From the human T2T-CHM13v2.0 reference genome, Homo sapiens, in the NCBI RefSeq assembly GCF_009914755.1, contig NC_060927.1: a DNA stretch of 64,000 nucleotides; one strand, 5' to 3'. A model generated the notes under the pieces. The model did not search any database. It worked only from the letters and a program-made list of their open reading frames with translations, and was not told the origin of the DNA. Positions within the stretch are counted from its first letter, which is position 1. The number at the start of each line of letters is the position of its first letter. Shown in pieces: positions 30,430 to 47,319 of this stretch. A program made the position numbers and the translations under genes.

Positions 30430-31030
30430 CTATCAGTGTTTATTAAGATGTGTTGGGCAGTGGGCAGAGAGCTTTTATCCCATAAAGAAGAACATCTGGA
30501 CCTTATTGAGAACACTCAGCTGAGACTGCATATGCTGGGTTGGGCACAGCATCTGGATGGGGCTTTGGGTTATCTCCCATGGGGAAGGGTGAGGATGTAT
30601 TGTTTGTATGTGAAGAAACATGTAGCACAAGTTCAGACTATGGCAGAAAATATTAGTTATTTCATGGTTGCACAGAAAGATTACATATCCTACTTTCTAT
30701 TTAATTAGATATGTTTACTGATTCTTGCTATGGAATGTGAATGAAGTTAATATGCACCTTTTCCAGCCTGAGATATAAAGTCTCCCCAAGCACTTTTTTC
30801 CCTTGTAGATAGAACACCCAACACCCAGCAATATCTAGAAGTTACATGTTGAGGACAGTAGAATATCTACCAGTCTTGAATTCCTGGATAAGTGCACAGA
30901 GCCGCCTCACCTGACTGAATTGTAAACCCATTCAGCACTTTTACAGAAGCAAGCAATAAAATCCTATTGTGTTTAAGCCTTCATATATCTTAAATATATT
31001 TGAAATAACAGCTGGCATTATCCTCACTGT
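30430..31030. mobile_element. Old LTR fragments (LTR33-like ~30430-30625; MLT1-like ~30640-31030)
   Basis: ggctttgggttatctcccatggggaagggtgag; gcaataaaatcctattgtgtttaagcc; very diverged. Confidence 0.45.
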
Positions 31031-31323
31031 CTAGTTACTGATAACGAGAGAGAAAATTCAAGTAACTAATTAAATGAGTAGAATATATCAAACAATTTTA
31101 AATTCCTAAGAGTTGTTTTAACATAATTAATAAAGAAGCTCATATTAAGCACTATGATCAAGGAAAATTACCAAATATTACATACATTGTTCTTTTACCT
31201 TGAAGATACACATTTACAGATATAAATTCATATAATCATTCACAACCAGAATTATCTAGTAGGATAAAGAAAAACAAGAAATTCACATAATTGTCAATAA
31301 TGTAATGAATTGTTTTTCTACAT

Positions 31324-31462
31324 CATTGGTTTTCAACCTTGTCTTTTCATTAGAACCATGTGGAAAACTTTTAGACACACCGATTCCTAATAACAGGTTG
31401 TTATAATGCTTTAAAAGCTTCTAAAGAGAATCTGCTGTGCAGCCAGATTTGAGAACTATTGG
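31324..31462. mobile_element. MER5-type hAT MITE
   Basis: cattggttttcaacctt...gcagccagatttgagaactattg termini. Confidence 0.65.
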
Positions 31463-33054
31463 ACTCCACATCAAAAAACTCAGCAAGTTACAAGTTGTAT
31501 GTCTTATTTTCATTCCTAAAATACGTTAACTACATGAATATTATGCAGTTTACTCATCACTCTCTTAGAGCTTCTTAAACAGAAGAATGAGTCAGGGTCT
31601 GCAACTTCTTATAAAAATATATATGTCTGATTTCATCTGTGAAAATTCTGATTCAATGGGTTCAGAATAGGGAGAGCTATAGCTAAGACTGTCTATCTTT
31701 TAATTTGCACCCATCCAGCGATGTGCTCTTTGATTCTAGTACATATTGATCAGTGTTTGAAATCATATAGAAAAAAATTTTTTAAAAAGAAAGATCTGCA
31801 CTTTAAGCATTTGTCAATATGCCTTATACTCTTTTTCAATTTTCTTCTTCATATTCTCATACATCCTGCATGTTATGTCTGAAACTTCTCGAATCTGGAA
31901 ACATCAAAAGCAGCAGCAGCAACTAGTCTAAAATGAAAATGTTAATGAAGCAGCACATGAATTGAAAAATAATTCTAACTACCATTTCTTCAGTTAAACC
32001 ACTACTCTGACTGTATCAGAACCTTTCCTGCTTTGAAGAAAGAAGGAGTTAGAAGGATGCCTGAAAGTAATTACAAGAATAAGCTCTTTCCCAAAGAGAG
32101 AGAGCTTACCTCTGACAGATGAAAAGAAACCAGACTTCATGAAAGTCAATATTTTTATCATTGTTATACTTATTGTTCTGTTTTTTTTTGGGGGGGGGAA
32201 TAGATCTGTTCCATATGTAACTTGGTTTTTCTAATTGCTAATTCAAAAAATTCAAAAATTTCTGAATTTCCATAATATAATTCATCTTTCTAAACAACCT
32301 GAGGTACTACTCTATTTTATTGTTACTTATATAAAAGGAGAAAAACACGTGTTGTTTTCAAGATATACAAAATATTCAAGATGAATATTTAAAACTATTT
32401 TTAGAATCCCAACAACTATCTTACTCAATTTCTACCCACTGTAGAAAACCTTTTCATCTAACCATTGTGTACGTGGAACTTCTATTTGATTTAAACTCAT
32501 TGTGGATCACTCAGGCCAATACTTTAAAAAAGTTCAGTTTCTCTACTTCCCAAGTTTTCTAGAAGTGACTAAATTTCACTGAATTAATAAGTGTCTCTCA
32601 TTTATGGTCACCACCAATTATTATAAAACTATTGTAAATTATCTCTGCTTATTCTGAACCCAGAGCTAAAATGTTGTATCTGAAAATAAAATCCCTTGGA
32701 ATTTATAACTGAAAATGATCAGATTTTTAAAATGGTGTTAAATTACATAATTGGGTTATAAAGCTTGAATATTATTCTAAGTGATATAATATTGACTTCA
32801 ATATTTTGAGAATAGAATTTTAAATTTCTTCTAATTAATATTATGGTTATACTTAAATTACAAAGCACAGCCAAGTCTTCTGTTGGAGCTAAATGACTCC
32901 AAAGTAGGAAATAAGTTATCTTGAAGCTGAGGAAAAGGCAAGGTCTTATTGTGCGGGCCTATAATTACACATGTGCATATCTCTGTAAATTCAATCCCCA
33001 AACTTCCAAGGAAGATCATAAAGGAAGCATATCATTTTAAAAATAATTTATTGT

Positions 33055-33245
33055 AATTTTATTTATTTTTTATCCTGTATTTTAGAATCAGGGGTACATG
33101 TGCATGTTTGTTAAAAGTACAGTGCATGATGCTGAGGTTTGGAGCATGAATGAATCTGTCACCTAAGTGGTGAGCATAGTACCCAACAGGAGGTTTTTTC
33201 AACTTTTGCTCTTCTCCCTTCCTCCCACCTCTCACATCCCCAGAG
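33055..33245 (-). mobile_element. Old L1P 3' end fragment
   Basis: ggggtacatgtgcatgtttgtt...gtgagcatagtacccaac. Confidence 0.8.
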
Positions 33246-33360
33246 CAAATTCAATGTAAGTATACAATTTCTTCTTTCTTTTTACAAAATATTTTGTTAA
33301 GACTTACATGAGGTCCTTGAAAATTGGTCTAATATTTGCTTTTAAAAACTAGATAACAGA

Positions 33361-33685
<325 letters not shown>

Positions 33686-34276
33686 CTAGATAACAGAAAG
33701 AACGTAAGCCACAAGAAAATATTTCTTGGGTGAACAGCCATTCTTCCTTAGTTTGTGCCCCCAATTCTTTATATCCATTTATAGAGAGAAAATTTGAAGA
33801 TTATCTTACAAGCATCACTAGGCAAAGATCTCATTCCTCCTCTGAAGTAATACAACTCATGATCAAAATATACTTGCTTCATAATGTAACTAAATTGATC
33901 CATCATTAACAACAAATAGCAAGAGTCAGAAATCAAATTACATTTATTTTAATTCAGTAATCATTATGCGATGTAGTGCTCTAGATGTGGGGAAGTCTTC
34001 AGAGAGATATGAATATATATCCCTGTCCTTAAAGCTAAACAAATTTCCATGGTCAATGTCTGGTTTAACTCTTGATCTCAATTAACTCTCAATCTTGTTA
34101 TGATTGCAACAAGCATGATCATTCAATTAATATATTTGTCAAAGAACAATAGTAGGTATGTTAAAAGGTTTCCTAGGCTGTGATGTTTGTGTTTTGTTTC
34201 GTTTTAAAGGGGGGTATTTTCTATTTTTTATCTCTACAATTTAAAGCCATGTGCTTTGCATATATTAGAAACTTAA

Positions 34277-34648
34277 TGACATGGTTTGACTCTGTGTCCC
34301 AAGACAAATCTCATGTTGAATTGTAATCCCCACAATACCCACCTGTTGAGGGAAGGGCCAGGTGGGAGATGATTGGATCATGAGGGCACCTACCCCCATG
34401 ATTTTCTCATGATAATGAGTGAGTTCTTATGAGATCTGATGGTTTTATAAGGCAGATTTCCCTGCTCTTCCTCGCTGTCTCTCAGCTGCCACCATGTAAG
34501 ATGTGCCTCTTCCCCTTTGGCCATGATTGTAAGTTTCCTGAGGCCTCCCCATTGACATGCAGAACTGTGAGTCAATTAAACCTCTTTTATTTATAAATTA
34601 TCAGTCTCAGCTACTATCTTTACAGCAGTGTGACACCAGACTAATACA
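34277..34648 (+). mobile_element. THE1 (C/D-like) solo LTR
   Basis: tgacatggtttg...gactaataca; perfect TSD CTTAA; TATA-like ttttataagg; attaaa signal. Confidence 0.92.
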
Positions 34649-34821
34649 CTTAATATGTGTTTTGTGAGTAATTTTTGAACACTATTGAGAATTATTTATG
34701 AGTAATATTAGGAATAAGTTCAAGGGAAAGAGATATTGCTACAAGCCAGAGCATGAAAGAGACGTTTAAAGAGTTCAAAATGTATTTATTTTCATGATGC
34801 TTTTAAGCTAATTTTAGTGAG

Positions 34822-35201
34822 TGTATTTAGTTCATCCTCACATTGCTATAAAGAAATACTTGAGACTGCATACTTTATAAAGAAAAGAGGCTTAATTGAC
34901 TCAGTTCCACAGGCTGTATAGAAAACATGGCTGGGAAGGCCACAGAAAACTTACAATCATGGTGGAACGTGAAGGGAAAGCAGACAAGTCTTAGGTGGCT
35001 AGATAATGAGAAACAGAGAGAGCATGGGAAATTGCTGCACATTTTTAAAAACCAGAACTCATGAGAACTCAGTAACGTGAGAACAGCAAAAGGGAAATCT
35101 GGTCCCATGATCCAATCACCTCCCACCAGGCCCCTACTCCAACATTGGGGATTACAATTTGACATGAGATTTGGGTGGGGACACAAATCTCAACCATTTC
35201 A
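34822..35201 (-). mobile_element. MSTA-like solo LTR
   Basis: tgtatttag...accatttca; perfect TSD GTGAG. Confidence 0.92.
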
Positions 35202-35976
35202 GTGAGTTTGAAATTTTACAGGATCAGAGGCATTAATGATATTCTGATGGAAGTTATTAATACTTTTGTCTGAAAAATACACATGTATATTCCCATGATA
35301 CTTTTGTGTATAATTTCAGGGCCTCTTCTGAGAGCTGTAATTTCCTCCATGGATGCCTTCCTTGGATCCATGGGTTCTAGATGAAAAGGTCCTGGATCTT
35401 TTATCTGATATTTTTTAACCTCACCAGGTAAGAATACATATTCTCATCCTATACATGCATACATTTCCCTGTTAAAACCAATTGCAGTTGTTATATGGGT
35501 ATCTATATTTGCTAAAATTCTTAAAACTGTATCCTCAAAGTTGGTGCCTTTTACTTAAAAGTTACATCAATAAAATTTATTAAAACTAGTTTTTAAACTC
35601 TATAAACATATCACAGAAAGTACTGCTCCCATACAAAATAAAAAACATTTTCACTGATCTTGCATGTGACATCATGGCAAACTTTTAATTTCTATTAATA
35701 AAAAGTGGCACAGATTAACATGAAGGCATCCATATATCCCTGGCACTGAACTGAGAAGTGAAGACAATTTTGTACTTTACAAATATTTTGTATTACTCAG
35801 GGAGAAAAGTAGTCACAGAATGGCTTACATTATGTAATCTATAACCAGAGTCACATGAAAGAAAACTTGATATCTCTGGTCAAAAATCTTCTTTGTTATA
35901 TTTTTGTGGAGAATTCCTCCAAATCCCCAATACTTTCCTTTTTCATGTGTAGACAAATTGTATCAAAATCTGGCAA

Positions 35977-36357
35977 ACATTCTATTGTGTATATGTACTA
36001 CATTTTCTTTATCCATTCTGCCAGTGATGGACACTTAGGTTGTTTCCATATCTTGGCTACTGTGAATAACACGGAAATGAACACGGGAGTGCAGTTATCT
36101 CTTTGACATACTGATATCTTCTGTGGATATATACCCAGCAATGGGGTTATTAGATTTGTGTTATAATTCTATTTTTATTTTTGTAGAACCTCCAAGAATA
36201 GATGTTTAACATATTAACCACAAAAAATAGGTTGGTGAGATGACAGATATATTAATTAGTTTAATTGACTCTTCTACATTGTATACATAGACAAAATATG
36301 TTGTACCCCATAAACCATACACAATTGTTATTCGTCAATTAAAAATAAATTTACTTT
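35977..36357 (+). mobile_element. Short L1MA-type element, probably 5'-inverted (minus 35977-36194, plus 36195-36357)
   Basis: Antisense ORF2 C-terminal piece fused to a sense L1MA 3' end ending gtcaattaaaaataaa. Confidence 0.7.
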
Positions 36358-37226
36358 AAAAGTCCAGTGAAAATTATTATGACTTTTCATTGTCATGTGA
36401 CCAACATGATCTATATAGTTGGCCAAGCTCCATTAAAAAAATGATATCAGCTTTTGTCTTGAACAGTTTGGATAATGTTTCTTTAAAAAACAAAAGAAGA
36501 AGCCAGGGAGGTTCAGTTACCCTAAGGAAACTGCGGTGAGTACCTACTCATCTTTACTTAAAATGCATACATGCCATCTATCAACCAACACCTTTTTCTC
36601 CAAATCTATGTTGACATACTGTAGTTCAAATATCAGTCATGTGGTAATATAGCTCTTGTGCTGCTCATGGTATGTGCGTGCTAGGACAATGTCAGGAATG
36701 GGGTAAGTAATGACACTGCAAATTGAAGGCATCTGCTTATTTTCCGTATGCCTGCACAGAGCAAGCATCTGCAAAAGAATTTTCCTCATGTTGCTTTGCC
36801 CATGACCTTGATCCAAAGAAACCCATCCTTCAAAGAGAAATGCAGAGTCATTTTATAGAATAACTATATGACTAGTTAATCTATCTTTTAGTCCTTTATA
36901 AATAATAGTATACTTTTGGAGTCCAGTATCTATCTATTAGCTCACAGGTGTTTTTAAATGCATTTTCTACATTGGTCAAGAGAAGATATGAAAGAACAAC
37001 ACATTAGTTCCCTATTTTATAGACACACTTAGTACCATATAAATCAAAGGGAATTTTGTGCATATATCTTAGAACAAACAAGATAAGCATATTGGTATTT
37101 CATAAATACTTGAGAAATTAAAGACATTGCCACTCTTTAGTGTACTGTAAATATCACAGGCAGAAATAAATATAGCTTATATCACCCAATCTTCACCCTT
37201 ACATAGTCTTTTTAATATAAGAGTTC

Positions 37227-37589
37227 TGTGTTAGTCCATTCTCACACTGTTAATAAAGACATACCCAAGACTGGGTGATTTATAAAGGAAAGAGGTTTAA
37301 TTGACTCACAGTTCAGCATGACTAGGGATGCCTCAGGAAACTTACAATCATAGTGGATGGGAAAGCAAACACGTTCTTCACATGGCAGCAAGAAGAAGTG
37401 CAGAGCAAAAGGGGGTAAAGCCCCTTACAAAACCATCAGATCTCATGAGAACTCACTATCATGAGAACAGGATAGGGGAACCATCCCCCAAGATACAATT
37501 ATCTCCACCTGGTCCTTCCCATGACATGGGGATTATGGAAACTACAATTCAAGATAAGATTTGGGTGGGGACACAGCTAAACCATATAA
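37227..37589 (-). mobile_element. THE1D-like solo LTR
   Basis: tgtgttagtccattctcac...gacacagctaaaccatat. Confidence 0.9.
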
Positions 37590-37957
37590 GGCTCCAAATA
37601 ATAACTAGTAGATAAACACCTAATTGTTGATCTGTGCACTTGTGTAACCAAATTGCTACCCCTATACTTATCCATACATTCTTTAACTAAAAACGAAGGA
37701 TTACTCTATTTGTAAGTCACCGGAGCAGGGTAGGACCTTTGCATCAAGTACTTAGCTACATATTCTCATTGAATCTGTTCCAAAATGTATATGTATTATT
37801 TATTTTTGGAATAATAAACAATTTAAATGAGTAGTTTTGTGTTAATCACAGCATTTCTTACATTCCTAAATGAACAAAAACATTTTACCACCTTGAAAAT
37901 TGTTTGGCATATTGTAGTATAAAAGGAAACACCAAACTAACTAAAAACAAATACACA

Positions 37958-38864
37958 GGGGGGAGGAGCCAAGATGGCTGAATAGGAACAGCTCTGGTCT
38001 ACAGCTCCCAGCATGAGCGACGCAGAAGACGGGTGATTTCTGCATTTCCATCTGAGGTACCGGGTTCATCTCACTAGGGAGTGCCAGACAGTGGGCGCAG
38101 GCCAGTGGGTGTGCGCACCGTGCGCGAGCCAAAGCAGGGAGAGGCATTGCCTCACCTGGGAAGCGCAAGGGGTCAGGGAGTTCCCTTTCCGAGTCAAAGA
38201 AAGGGGTGACGGACGCACCTGGAAAATCGGGTCACTCCCACCCGAATATTGCGCTTTTCAGACCGGCTTAAAAAACGGCGCACCATGAGACTATATCCCA
38301 CACCTGGTTCGGAGGGTCCTACACCCACGGAATCTCGCTGATTGCTAGCACAGCAGTCTGAGATCAAACTGCAAGGCGGCAGTGAGGCTGGGGGAGGGGC
38401 GCCCGCCATTGCCCAGGCTTGCTTAGGTAAACAAAGCAGCCGGGAAGCTCGAACTTGGTGGAGCCCACCACAGCTCAAGGAGGCCTGCCTGCCTCTGTAG
38501 GCTCCACCTCTGGGGGCAGGGCACAGACAAACAAAAAGACAGCAGTAACCTCTGCAGACTTAAATGTCCCTGTCTGACAGCTTTGAAGAGAGCAGTGGTT
38601 CTCCCAGCACGCAGCTGGAGATCTGAGAACAGGCAGACTGCCTCCTCAAGTGGGTCCCTGACCCCTGACCCATGAGCAGCCTAACTGGGAGGCACCTCCC
38701 AGCAGCGGCACACTAACACCTCACATGGCAGGGTATTCCAACAGACCTGCAGCTCAGGGTCCTGTCTGTTAGAAGGAAAACTAACAAACAGAAAGGACAT
38801 CCACACCGAAAACCCATCTGTACATCACCATCATCAAAGACCAAAAGTAGATAAAACCACAAAG
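37958..38864 (+). promoter_or_regulatory. L1 5'UTR: sense promoter and antisense promoter; YY1 core AAGATGGC at 37971-37978
   Basis: CpG-rich, colinear with the young L1 5'UTR; junction gggtattccaacagacc indicates absence of the 129-bp ZNF93-binding segment. Confidence 0.88.
38194..38409 (-). CDS. L1 ORF0, intact 71 aa
   Basis: MAGAPPPASLPPCSLISDCCASNQRDSVGVGPSEPGVGYSLMVRRFLSRSEKRNIRVGVTRFSRCVRHPFL*, 216 nt, antisense in the 5'UTR. Confidence 0.88.
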   Translation of the reverse strand: MAGAPPPASLPPCSLISDCCASNQRDSVGVGPSEPGVGYSLMVRRFLSRSEKRNIRVGVTRFSRCVRHPFL

Positions 38865-39879
38865 ATGGGGAAAAAACAGAACAGAAAAATTGGAAACTCT
38901 AAAACGCAGAGCACCTCTCCTCCTCCAAAGGAACACAGTTCCTCACCAGCAACGGAACAAAGCTGGATGGAGAATGACTTTGACGAGCTGAGAAGGAGGC
39001 TTCAGACGATCAAATTACTCTGAGCTACGGGAGGACATTCAAACCAAAGGCAAAGAAGTTGAAAATTTTGAAAAAAATTTAGAAGAATGTATAACTAGAA
39101 TAACCAATACAGAGAAGTGCTTAAAGGAGCTGATGGAGCTGAAAACCAAGGCTCAAGAATTACATGAAGAATGCAGAAGCCTCAGGAGATGATGCGATCA
39201 ACTGGAAGAAAGGGTATCAGCAATGGAAGATGAAATGAATGAAATGAAGTGAGAAGGGAAGTTTAGAGAAAAAAGAATAAAAAGAAATGAGCAAAGCCTC
39301 CAAGAAATATGGGACTATGTGAAAAGACCAAATCTACGTCTGATTGGTGTACCTGAAAGTGATGGGGAGAATGGAACCAAGTTGGAAAACACTCTGCAGG
39401 GTATTATCCAGGAGAACTTCCCCAATCTAGCAAGGCAGGCCAACGTTCACATTCAGGAAATACAGAGAACACCACAAAGATACTCCTTGAGAAGAGCAAC
39501 TCCAAGACACATAATTGTCAGATTCACCAAAGTTGAAATGAAGGAAAAAATGTTGAGGGCAGCCAGAGAGAAAGGTCGGGTTACCCTCAAAGGGAAGCCC
39601 GTCAGACTAACAGCGGATCTCTCGGCAGAAACCCTACAAGCCAGAAGAGAGAGGGGGCCAATATTCAACATTCTTAAAGAAAAGAATTTTCAACCCAGAA
39701 TTTCATATCCAGCCAAACTAAGCTTCATAAGTGAAGGAGAAATAAAATACTTTACAGACAAGCAAATGCTGAGAGATTTTGTCACCACCAGGCCTGCCCT
39801 AAAAGAGCTCCTGAAGGAAGCGCTAAACATGGAAAGGAACAACCGGTACCAGCCGCTGCAAACTCATGCCAAAATGTAA
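38865..39879 (+). pseudogene. L1 ORF1p, disrupted
   Basis: ATG GGG AAA AAA CAG start; ~2-nt deletion near 38991; CGA>TGA stops near 39190 and 39250; C-terminal part open 39319-39879. Confidence 0.93.
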
Positions 39880-39942
39880 AGACCATGAAGACTAGGAAGA
39901 AACTGCATCAACTAACGAGCAAAATCACCAGCTAACATCATA

Positions 39943-43770
<3,828 letters not shown>

Positions 43771-46154
43771 ACAATGAGATCACATGGACACAGGAAGGGG
43801 AATATCACACTCTGGGGACTGTGGTGGGGTGGGGGGAGGGGGGAGGGATAGCATTGGGAGATATACCTAATGCTAGATGATGAGTTAGTGGGTGCAGCGC
43901 ACCAGCATGGCACATGTATACATATGTAACTAACCTGCACAATGTGCACATGTACCCTAAAACTTAAAGTATAATAATAATAAAAAAAATACACAAACAA
44001 AAAATAAAACACAGCTGTTCTCTTCTCCCATCTGTAAAGATCTATGTGATGACCTTGAGCAAGTCACTTGATCTCTTTAACTTTCATTTTTTTCCCTAGC
44101 TCACAAATGAAGATCTGGTCATTCCTAAGGTCATTTATAATGAAAAACTTGTTATCTATGATACATCACTATAGAGCTATAAATATTTATTTTCCAGTCA
44201 TGGAGAATGAAAGCAGAGGTTATGCTGTCCAATTTTCATGACAATATTTGAAGTGATTTTTTTTACTTGCTTATGGAAGCATCTAAAGGGTACTAACAAC
44301 ATATTTGGTCCTTTCTAGATGAATACCATCACTAGTATTATATCATCATCTTTTGACATTTTGACTTTGGAAGATTTCTTTCCAGAATGATTTGACAGTT
44401 CAACAGGAAGTATATAGTTTCTTGGTATTTGAATATATGCTTGATACACTGAATACACACACACATACACACAAATATCTTTATTACATTGCAGTGTTTT
44501 CACTTGACATATCAACTCTTATTTTTTGTATTATGTCCCCTTAACCTTCAGTAACTGGGAATGTCTGACCTCCACAAAATGTAAGAAGTTGCCTTGTTGC
44601 TAATCCTCTGGCCAGTTTTTGAAATTAGATAGAAATGATGCCTACCTCCTAAGTTTTAAAGCGGCACAATTTCCGGTAACCATCATAAATACTAGGTGGA
44701 ATTGTCCATCCTTGTGGATTCCAAGTATACATAGATATTTCTCAAAGGATCAGGAGATTCTTATCTTACTGGTATTTAAAGCACCCATACCCTGTCAAGA
44801 AAAAAAAAAGATTACAGACATGAGGATACTACTCTAGCATTTCTACCTTGTCAGCTTCGCCTATCAAATAACCAAATAAACTCACCACTTATGATTTCTT
44901 TATAGCTATTAATTTTCCTGGAAGTGCATCATACTGGAAATACACTAAAAACATGTAGAATAGACCAATTCAGCATTGTTCTGCCTAGTGACATGATTCC
45001 TTTAAGTATCTCCGTCAGGGCTTGGTACGCAGTCCTTCACGTAGGAGTGGTTCTGTGTATGCCATTCCTACATGACATGACATGCCAGAACACCATGTCA
45101 TTTGTTCCCACTTACTCTGACTATACTGTATTATAATCCTTTTTCATATAAGTTCCCTCAGAGGAAATTTTTTATTGCTCTCAGATATTTCAGCAACCTG
45201 GAGCATTTCCCTGCCTTTAGTCTACCACTGATCAGTGGATGCTAGTTTTTGAAGAGATGTACACAAATAGACCTCATAATTAGCTACATCATAAGACTGA
45301 TTTATTTAAACTGTAAGACAAGCTTCTTTTTTAAAGTTTTCATTTACTTGACAAATATTGGAAATTCTTCACCAGAAGGAAAAAAGTAATAAAAATTTAT
45401 GAAGGAAAATCTATCACTTACTGAAATCATTCATTCTAGAATCAGCTCACTAATAAATGAAGGAGACAGGAAATATCTCAACACTTTACATCCCAAGAAT
45501 TGTCATTTGTAAGGGACACTGATGAGAAATTCTTCCTGCAATAAACTATTGATCTCACTGGTCATAATGATATAAAGAACATGATGTTAGAACAAGAACA
45601 TCTAAGTGTCTGCATCTAAGTGTCTGTTTTTTTCTGCTAATGCAGTCACATCGATTATGTTTGTTTCTAGGAGAGGGAAAAGGACATTATCCTAAGTCTT
45701 TTCCAATAGCCTTTATATCCACATAATGTTCAACTTGCTAAAATATAGGATAAGTGAAATAAAAATCAGAAACATACTAAGAGTGTTGCAAACAGCAACA
45801 CACTATCAGAAGCCTTAAACTCCAACAAGTATTTAATTTAAAACCAATTTCCAATCTAAACTGATCTTAAAAGTAAAAACCAATGCATGTCAGTGATTTC
45901 CTAGGTTTCTCTTTCATGAAGTGGAAAGCTTGCCAGAAAAAAATGGCTTTTTTCCTCAGATAATTGGCTTAATAATTTTAAGTACCTATATATTTTTCTA
46001 GTCAATCGACCTGTATTTTTAATACTAATATTTCATCTTTAAAGTTTGTTTTCCTCTGATTTTTTAATATTTGAGCATTCTTTGTTGGTTCTACTTTAAG
46101 TTTTCCAGATTCGTCCCCTTGGTAGGAAATTACAAGAAAAAGTTGAATTAAAAA

Positions 46155-46167
46155 TCTCTCTCTCTCA

Positions 46168-46218
<51 letters not shown>
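46155..46218. repeat. (CT)n(CA)n compound microsatellite
   Basis: Directly visible. Confidence 0.95.
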
Positions 46219-46222
<4 letters not shown>

Positions 46223-46929
46223 GAGGGAAAGGAGGGGAAGGGAGAGAAGTAAAATACATAAAGAGAAACAAAGAGAGAGAAAGAAAATGAGAAACTACTA
46301 TGTGCTTACTAAGTGACAGACGTATGTGGTTATTTTTGAAAACCTGAAGAACTGCTCTACTCTAGTAAGTGGGTGAGAGAATTAATTCTAAAATGAAAAA
46401 AACTTCAAATGAAACTTTGCCCCAGCTACTTACTGGCTTTCTTATTTTAGGCTTATGAATTTTAGATTTGATAGTACTTACCTCATAGCTAGTGTCATTG
46501 GTAGAATTATTTGAGTTTATTAAAGTGTTTAACATAACATGTGGCCCAATAAAAGCCTTAATAAATGTTGGCTCTCATGAAGACATCATGACTCCCCCTA
46601 AAAGAATTCATAGTCAAAAGAGGGACAGACAAATGAACAGAAAACACTAATAAAATCTGTTCAAAGCTAAATTAGGCTTATGCCCAGGATGCTGTGCAAA
46701 GTAGCCCAGGGGGCTCAGCTGTGCAGAGAAGTGGCTTGCAGAAACAACCAAGCTGATTTTTATAGAATAGCAGTGTGAAACACCTTGTGGTGTGTGCCAC
46801 AATTCACAAGCAAGTTAAAGCATATTGTGCTTCTAAAAGGTTTTCCCAAAGTAGAAGTGTTTTTATATTCCCTCAAAGTCTTCAAGCATAATTGGAAAAC
46901 ACAAAATTTCTTTAAAAGAGTCTATATAG

Positions 46930-47150
46930 TGCAGTAATGAGGAGAGTGTGTCTGGTTTCAAACACACCTATACCCAAGCCTGTCTCTGCCATGTAGTAAC
47001 CACTGGTAAATAACTTGTCCTTTCTCACCTCAGGATCTTCATCAGAAACAAGGACATTATATAAGCATTCTTTGGGATAGTAGGAATTAAATAAGTTAAT
47101 GCTCGCAGAGTCCTTAGTAGTGCCTATCATATAGTATGTGCTCAATACAT
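46930..47150 (+). mobile_element. MIR
   Basis: tctggtttcaaa...ctctgccatgtagtaac...agtgcctatcatatagtatgtgctcaata; further MIR relics near 44040-44150, 46410-46575 and 49910-50090. Confidence 0.65.
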
Positions 47151-47319
47151 ATGAAACCTGTTATATGTCTTTGCAGTTTGGTATACAGTCTTAACATTTA
47201 TATCCATTTTCTACTATTATATTCTCATGTACTTTTAATTCCCATTTCAGTTACTTAGAATTGAGAAAAATTGAGTTTTAAGATGCTACACTGTTTAATC
47301 ATACTTCCTAGAAAGAAAC

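Noticed and set aside
32100-32145. Minus-strand ATG plus AG|GTAAG donor (MKSGFFSSVR)
   Set aside because: Too short and unsupported by any promoter or homology signal.
35225-35395. Possible hAT-type MITE
   Set aside because: Too diverged to assign termini or family by eye.
45599-45626. 14-bp tandem duplication; similar ones at ~49771-49800, ~18578-18660 and ~9460-9520
   Set aside because: Ordinary slippage duplications; no repeat-spacer (CRISPR-like) organisation.
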